This document shows, in pieces, positions 60,401 through 64,000 of a DNA stretch of 64,000 bases. The stretch's first letter is position 1. Each line of letters begins with the position of its first letter. Source of the DNA: Schmidtea polychroa (lineage: Eukaryota). The position numbers and the translations under genes are program-made. The notes below the pieces were generated by a model. That model was given only the letters and a program-made list of their open reading frames with translations. It ran no database searches and had not been told where the DNA came from. The DNA lies in the NCBI GenBank assembly GCA_044892525.1, contig CM097885.1:61194001-61258000 (forward strand), read 5' to 3'.

Positions 60401-63201
60401 TTTTTATCCGAGTTAATTTTGTTAAAATTTTTCTCAAATTAATTTTTTTCTACCTTAGAATCATATGGAATATCAGATTTATTTTTTATGAAAAGTGCAA
60501 AAAATTCATTTGAAAAAGGCAGTGCCGAAAATTCGTGAGTATCAACAAACATCGATATATTACTGATTTATAGTCTTCAAACTCTCTTTTTAATAAATTC
60601 AATGAAAAAAATAATCAGTGATGAAATTGGATGGAATAAAAGTTCTTATAATAATAGAGAATATAATGTAGTTACTTTGAAGCCTTATTACTACATTCAA
60701 ATTCAAGGATTCCAATGCAATGTTACTAATTACTTTTAAAACCTCATACATACTATTCCTTAAAAAATACGAATATTTTTCTACTGGGAACTTTGTATTT
60801 CTATAAGTCTGGAATGTACAATAGGATGGATTTAAAGTAAAGAAGGAAAACTTTTTTGTCAATAATTCATTTGTCAATAGGCCACCTAAGCTTTCTACAA
60901 TAGGAGAAACAACGATACAATCATAATTACAATGAAAACATTTTTTCAACGCAAACCATTGTCATTTAAGAAATATAGTATATTAGCTGTCGAAGTATCC
61001 ATTTATTTTATACGGGATATAATCTGCCTTTGTATTGAATGTTGGAATTATTGACCGAGATTCAAGTCTCGACCTGATAAAACCGTCTTTAGACTTCGCG
61101 CTACAAACTGCTACAGGCAATTATGTGACGAACTTGACACACCTTTTGACAGTGTATGACAGAAACGTATTATCAGAAACTTCACAGTGGATTTTAGTCA
61201 TTTTTTCGTTTTAGGTTTATGATTAAAATCCACTGTGAAGTTTCTGATAAATGATAAACTTAAACTTCATATAATAAGTGTTTATTTATAGAAATAGACA
61301 TTTGAAATCATCTTCAGTACTCTGCGAATCTGTTTAACAACTATCTTCCTTATTAAAAAATTTATTCGTATTTCTTAACTCCTGGAATTCTTTTTTGTAA
61401 TATATACTTAATAATCAATTAAACAAAAATAATTAAACAATTAAACAAGTCGATTCACCTCTTCGGAAATAATAATAATATACTGTCGTGTGCTACTGCT
61501 ATGAAACTAGTCCGATTTCCTATTTTTGTATATGTACGCTTTACAGCTTTCCTAAAGCTGCACAAAGACAGCGCTCGCTCTTCATTTAACTTCACCTCGA
61601 AAATGTTAAGGAAAGATATGTCATTCCAAATACTCTGAGAATTCGAAATGAACTTATCTCAACCTTTATCGCATCATTAGACTTGCTCTCAAATGTAGAT
61701 AATCAGGAAAAACCAAATTCCGAGACGAATTCTTGAATTTTAATGCGTCTGCAAACTAGTAGTTTCATTTCAAGAAAAGACATTAATCTGTTAGATTAGA
61801 TATCAAACTTCTATGTTAAAACAACCAGTGCTTCTTTCTGGTTCACGAGAAAGTCACAACGGAAATTAAAGTAAAATACTACACTTTCATTAAATTGATT
61901 CCAGCTTACAAGACTGGCTTGTAGTAGCCACTTGATTTTGCTAATAATTGTCGTTTCCAGGTTTTTATAATAAAAAATACGATGAATACTTGAGGCCGAA
62001 TAAAATCTTTTAAAAAAATTGGAAACGAAACAAGGCTATTCCTTGGATCGTTGAATGAACAAAGACAAGAAGAAAGTAAGACAATTCGAATGGACTTTAT
62101 ATCCAAGTCTTTCTATCCAAACAGATCATATCAGCCTTTACGCGAATGATTCAATAATGAACTGAACCGAGAGGCCTAGTTAGAAGATTTTTAGAACTTT
62201 GCAACTAGAAGGAAATCTTATACATTTTTCGATGAACAATCTCATAATTGGGAAGAAACTTCATCTATCAAAGGCTAGAGGCATCTGGAATATATTCTGA
62301 ATAATAATTAACTTTGTCCTGAAAAACTTTAATCTACATTGAAAATTCAAAAGAGCTGAATGAATATTTAGATGAAGATGAAAAGAATAAAAAAAGAACC
62401 ATGACTGAAATTCGAGTTGAAATCTTAGCTTTTTCTCGGATCTTAAATACTAATATTGAACTTATTATCCTGAATGAAGATTTGCTCGTTGATGAAACAA
62501 TTAAATTTGTCATATCAAGCTGCAATAAATTTGTCAGTATTGTAAATATGAATAATTTATTTGCATTTAAGAATAATTTAAGTAAATAAAATCGTTTAAA
62601 GATTGAATTTATTTTAAGACTAATTAAATATATTCCAAAACCTGGACAAAAAACTCTCACATAAGTTTCCTTTACCATAATTCATTTCTTTATTTTTAAT
62701 TTCATCAATATTTTATTTTTTTCCCCATAATAATTTTTTCATCAAAATTAGTTCCACCAGAAAATGATTTTATTCATTTTAAACATTGAAAAAATCATTA
62801 AAATATTTAATTAAAACGAATTATGATATAATTTAAAAAAATATATTTAAACATAAAATAAATATTAACTTATTTTCTCCATTAGCAGTCTCTGTTTTGA
62901 ACAACGGACAGTATCCTTGAGAATAAAGTCTTTGTTGACGATTTAAATTTTTAATTGTAATTTTAATAATTCTACTAGGTAAATATCCTCTAACAGAGAA
63001 ATGAAACCACGTTCGATTACCATTTTCGAACGGAGTCCCATAACAATCAGGTTTTGTCCAGACGTTAAATTCATAATCAGGTTTATTGGAATCTGATTGA
63101 GTAAACGAATGATCTTCATTGGATATAATACGTTCAACATTTAACAAATTTCCAGAATCAAAATTCGATGAAAAAACCAAATTCCCATACTTAAATTCCA
63201 T
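30388..63201 (-). CDS. AGBL5: Cytosolic carboxypeptidase 5 (AGBL5/CCP5, M14 tubulin deglutamylase), multi-exon gene span
   Basis: Exons 63201-62870, 58184-57794, 57714-57536, >=56297-55959, 48936-47956, 37457-37269, 33878-<=33423, and probably 30859-30388. Splice phases are consistent wherever both ends are visible. Motifs [50 protein letters not shown]. The 3' end is uncertain because of gaps. Confidence 0.9.
31420..31844 (+). mobile_element. 3' end of a Charlie/ZBED5-type hAT element
   Basis: [39 protein letters not shown]...KQAQPSN-stop; terminal aaaggttgggaacccttg. Confidence 0.7.
32560..32900 (+). mobile_element. Possible MULE FLYWCH N-terminal relic
   Basis: [32 protein letters not shown]...[12 protein letters not shown] resembles FLYWCH zinc fingers; broken. 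Confidence 0.35.
33423..33878 (-). CDS. AGBL5: AGBL5 exon 7 (3' end in gap), Ser-rich tail
   Basis: ttttag|[14 protein letters not shown]..., open frame into the gap. Confidence 0.7.
34220..34299. mobile_element. 80-bp hAT micro-MITE
   Basis: TIR CAGCGTTTCCCAAA / TTTGGGAAACGCCG with perfect 8-bp TSD TGTTAACC. Confidence 0.85.
34558..35589 (+). mobile_element. pogo/Tigger internal-deletion element, 1032 bp
   Basis: TIR CAGGTGACCCTCCTATAACAC, TA TSDs, residual transposase C-terminus (GGEGFEDMT..., [25 protein letters not shown]). Confidence 0.88.
35738..35891. promoter_or_regulatory. Two inverted pairs of a CGTCTGTGTGC motif upstream of the nested plus-strand ORF
   Basis: 35738-35749 / 35783-35796 and 35833-35847 / 35879-35891; the same motif pair occurs at 57238-57287. 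Confidence 0.45.
36086..36685 (+). CDS. Orphan 199-aa ORF, antisense-nested in AGBL5 intron 6
   Basis: 600-nt open frame in very AT-rich DNA, ATG start, helical globular composition, no transposase motif recognised. Confidence 0.5.
   Translation: MLICRISMSNIAKRCLFSIETRPCDRGSTRSLQIISGSNVNVIDNQDFYEFVYISKFLIDINSIFQSLSRGLEINDLISVNHEKTEEELQDMFMKFPQKFKDIRKLSETIYDIRDKKINLLTYEYDILFNRALTRINTIQMFISQSVEQLSNVSNSIMDQSQIIGHVKWFNKQWFCTNKACDAINYKEILLMCLRRKHE
37269..37457 (-). CDS. AGBL5: AGBL5 exon 6 (not in ORF track)
   Basis: tttag|[14 protein letters not shown]...[30 protein letters not shown]...NFQ|gtaatt; 189 nt, phase 0 at both ends. Confidence 0.9.
39538..42067 (+). mobile_element. hAT (Ac/hobo-type, BED finger) transposon, 2530 bp, defective transposase
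   Basis: TIR TAGGGTTTGCAA, TSD CATTCAAC, subterminal TACCCG repeats. zf-BED (CYDC...HLKLH), [31 protein letters not shown]. Frameshift near 41110-41130 and TGA at 41693-41695. Confidence 0.95.
42997..46263 (-). mobile_element. hAT (ZMYM1/DUF4371-type) transposon, 3267 bp, near-intact transposase with one frame break near 43700
   Basis: TIR CAGCGCCGT(G/A)CT, TSD TTGCCAAT. ORFs 45770-43701 and 43798-43103 contain a TTF-type finger (WLLYS...FCFCCRLF), [24 protein letters not shown] and CERSFSKLK. Confidence 0.95.
47486..47712. mobile_element. 227-bp Tc1/mariner-superfamily MITE
   Basis: 21-bp perfect TIR CCGTATATTTCGGCGTATAAG, TA TSD. Removing it restores the host transposase end GLEYIHY-stop. 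Confidence 0.92.
47956..48936 (-). CDS. AGBL5: AGBL5 exon 5
   Basis: cttttag|AAT; [23 protein letters not shown]...KEGAGRVA...[15 protein letters not shown]|gtgaga. Confidence 0.9.
49184..49239 (-). ncRNA. Minimal type I hammerhead ribozyme
   Basis: Minus strand: TGC ATAGTA CTGATGA GGGC CAAAA GCTT GAAA CTAG TC|TACTAT ...GCA. Full catalytic core, stem I ATAGTA/TACTAT, stem II GGGC/GCUU, palindromic short stem III, GUC cleavage triplet (cut 49201/49200). Confidence 0.8.
49690..50420 (-). mobile_element. Truncated IS630/Tc1-like transposase relic
   Basis: [13 protein letters not shown] then, frameshifted, [26 protein letters not shown]. Confidence 0.6.
51311..51840 (-). mobile_element. Penelope-like retroelement RT fragment
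   Basis: [53 protein letters not shown]; frameshifted. Confidence 0.8.
51851..54339 (-). mobile_element. pogo/Tigger transposon with intact 569-aa transposase
   Basis: TIR ACTAGAGCCTCGAGTTGCGT(C/T)GTC within (TA)n tracts. Confidence 0.92.
52164..53873 (-). CDS. Tigger/CENP-B-type transposase (HTH plus DDE_1, DD32D)
   Basis: [45 protein letters not shown]; uninterrupted. Confidence 0.92.
   Translation of the reverse strand: MNRKRSSDENGKKSTKRNKKVISLDVKHDILRFQAGEKAVFIGRALGLAPKTVRTICNRDAKQIKTLYEAATDSQLKSTVINRIALIVKMESLLLIWIEHQTQKSIPLSKMVIQAKAKSIYDDLQEKLPISNKAIYEQFNASGGWFERFKFRGNLHNIYLKGEAASADLTAANDFNKILKAVIQEGGYSSKQVFNIDETGLFWKRLPKRTYIAKTESSAPGFKVSKDRLTILLGGNANGDFKLKPLLVYQAENPRALKGVDKRNLHVHWRSNKKAWVTVSLFVDWLVKCAIPEFKNYCKRENLTFKILVLLDNAPGHPTYIDDLSDNVKFLFMPPSTTSLIQPTDQGVISNFKSYYIRWTFKQLLHAADANEETSMAVFWKNYNVLKAVKNIGDSWAEVKSSCMNGVWQKIWPECTATFTEVDDVPFVRAEIVNLAQEAHFEGLDEADFDEILNVEEDFDVSTADLIEMAQNIYENDDNSVEVPEVKQLTTKGMGKAIKLISEALEIFVAEDPDTDQSTKVTQAVEASISCYKKIYLDKKQKAVQITLNNFIIKQPKEEQTPNPEPTYE
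54968..55606 (+). mobile_element. Old non-autonomous hAT element
   Basis: Ends CAGGGATGTAAC / GCTACGTCCCTG, 6/8-matching TSD, dimerisation-domain relic [18 protein letters not shown]. Confidence 0.6.
55959..56297 (-). CDS. AGBL5: AGBL5 exon 4 (5' end in gap)
   Basis: [32 protein letters not shown]...; probable donor TTG|gttagt (phase 0). Confidence 0.8.
56440..57121 (-). CDS. EIF3F: Intronless eIF3 subunit F-like (MPN family) ORF nested in AGBL5 intron 3; divergent centre, 3' end in gap
   Basis: [27 protein letters not shown] matches eIF3f HPVILASIVDSYERR...[13 protein letters not shown]...[10 protein letters not shown]...DLSPV...[11 protein letters not shown] matches GVMFTPL...TERIGVDLI...DLQQV...LSTVLQYAEDV. 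The middle ~110 aa is unrecognisable. Confidence 0.65.
57238..57346. promoter_or_regulatory. Inverted CGCGTCTGTGTGCG pair plus GC-rich hairpin upstream of the eIF3F-like ORF
   Basis: 57238-57252 / 57274-57287 inverted; CCAGTCAGAGG...CCTCTGACTGG stem at 57310-57346. Confidence 0.45.
57353..57441. repeat. (ATT)n microsatellite
   Basis: About 29 imperfect ATT/ATC units. Confidence 0.9.
57536..57714 (-). CDS. AGBL5: AGBL5 exon 3
   Basis: After a 79-nt intron: [27 protein letters not shown]...[13 protein letters not shown]; donor CG|gtagt. Confidence 0.9.
57794..58184 (-). CDS. AGBL5: AGBL5 exon 2
   Basis: tttag|A TGG: (K)[11 protein letters not shown]...[11 protein letters not shown]...[19 protein letters not shown]...KNKK|gtttgt; 391 nt. 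Confidence 0.9.
58538..59016. mobile_element. 479-bp hAT MITE
   Basis: TIR AGGGTTGCCAG, TSD AAATATAT, CCGGGAC subterminal repeats, internal copy of the right end at 58564-58586. Confidence 0.8.
59656..59893. repeat. 3 x 79-bp tandem repeat
   Basis: cttcagaatttaatcag... starts at 59656, 59735 and 59814. Confidence 0.95.
61170..61250. repeat. Long near-perfect hairpin (32-bp stem, 17-nt loop)
   Basis: ttatcagaaacttcacagtggatttta / taaaatccactgtgaagtttctgataa pair perfectly, extended through one G-U. Confidence 0.85.
62870..63201 (-). CDS. AGBL5: AGBL5 exon 1
   Basis: [19 protein letters not shown]...[30 protein letters not shown]; donor AA|gttaat (phase 2). Confidence 0.9.
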
Positions 63202-64000
63202 TTTCTTACGAATAAAATTAAAATTGATTGAAAAAGAAATAAGCACACTTTAAATTAAACAAAGTAATTAAAAAAAACTTTGTACAATTTAGATAAATCT
63301 CGATATTTCAAATTTTACATTTAATTATTAAATGCAGCTGATTTAGCTTCAGCGCACACCTAATAAATTAACAAGGTCATAGTAACACAGTTAACCACAA
63401 GTTAAAACAAATCTAATTTTTTAGTATTTTATAAATATGTAAAAACAGAATTATAAAATTTGTCAAGAAATTCTGAAAATTTCATGAATTGTAGATGCAC
63501 ACTAACTAATTTTATTCCGATTTAATTTAATTCATATAACATAATGTATGTTCAGCATGTTGAGTGTTTTATTAAACTATTTAAAGCAAAATTAAAATTG
63601 TATTTAATTAATTTTAATTATTTTCACTGTTAAAAATATGGTACTTTTCTAAGTTATTTTATTTCATGTTTTTAAACTAATAAATTGGATTTAACTATGA
63701 CTTCGTAAAAATGTATACGCTATTAATTTTCTAATAAAATTAGATCATGGTCTTTCATATGGTAATACAATATAGTAATACCATTCCATCTATTTCATTT
63801 TATTGTTATTAATTTATTTTTATTTTTTTTGACCTGTAAGTTTTTAAAATACATATTTTATTTATAGATATGTTGATAATGTTAACATGTTGCGTTCAGT
63901 AATTTTATTTATTCATGTTTCACTTATCCTCAAGGTGTTATGCTCATTTACTTTGTATTACTTGAAACATTAATACAATTTTAAATGAACTTAGCGTTGG

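Noticed and set aside
1-64000. CRISPR arrays, tRNA or rRNA genes, prokaryotic operons
   Set aside because: Tandem arrays lack unique spacers, no cloverleaf or rRNA signature was seen, and the genes are spliceosomal-intron eukaryotic genes.

Overview
AT-rich, gapped (5 N-runs) eukaryotic genome window from a probably ciliated animal. It uses the standard code and GT-AG introns and carries many Tc1/mariner, hAT, MULE, Penelope and Ty3/gypsy elements; this fits a triclad planarian, but that is inference only. Left to right: (1) 1-~8.7 kb is part of a large, decayed gypsy-type retroelement on the minus strand. It has a Gag-type polyprotein with three tandem CCHC knuckles and a long coiled-coil tail, preceded by about 5.5 kb of accessory ORFs, including an IAP-type RING finger ORF, an NLS-bearing ORF and an antisense spliced mini-gene. 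(2) An intronless F-box/LRR gene with a complete 4.57-kb gypsy element inserted about 165 bp upstream (identical 115-bp LTRs, 5-bp TSD, -1 frameshift signal, six nonsense codons). (3) Two divergently transcribed, signal-peptide-bearing tandem-repeat protein genes. (4) An approximately 30-33 kb cytosolic carboxypeptidase AGBL5/CCP5 gene on the minus strand, with 7 exons reconstructed and a probable 8th. Its introns hold nested DNA transposons, a minimal hammerhead ribozyme, a same-strand intronless eIF3F-like ORF with an unrecognisable centre, and an antisense orphan ORF. The two nested ORFs share an inverted CG(C)GTCTGTGTGCG upstream motif. All translations, splice sites, TIRs and TSDs were read by hand; no database searches were run.
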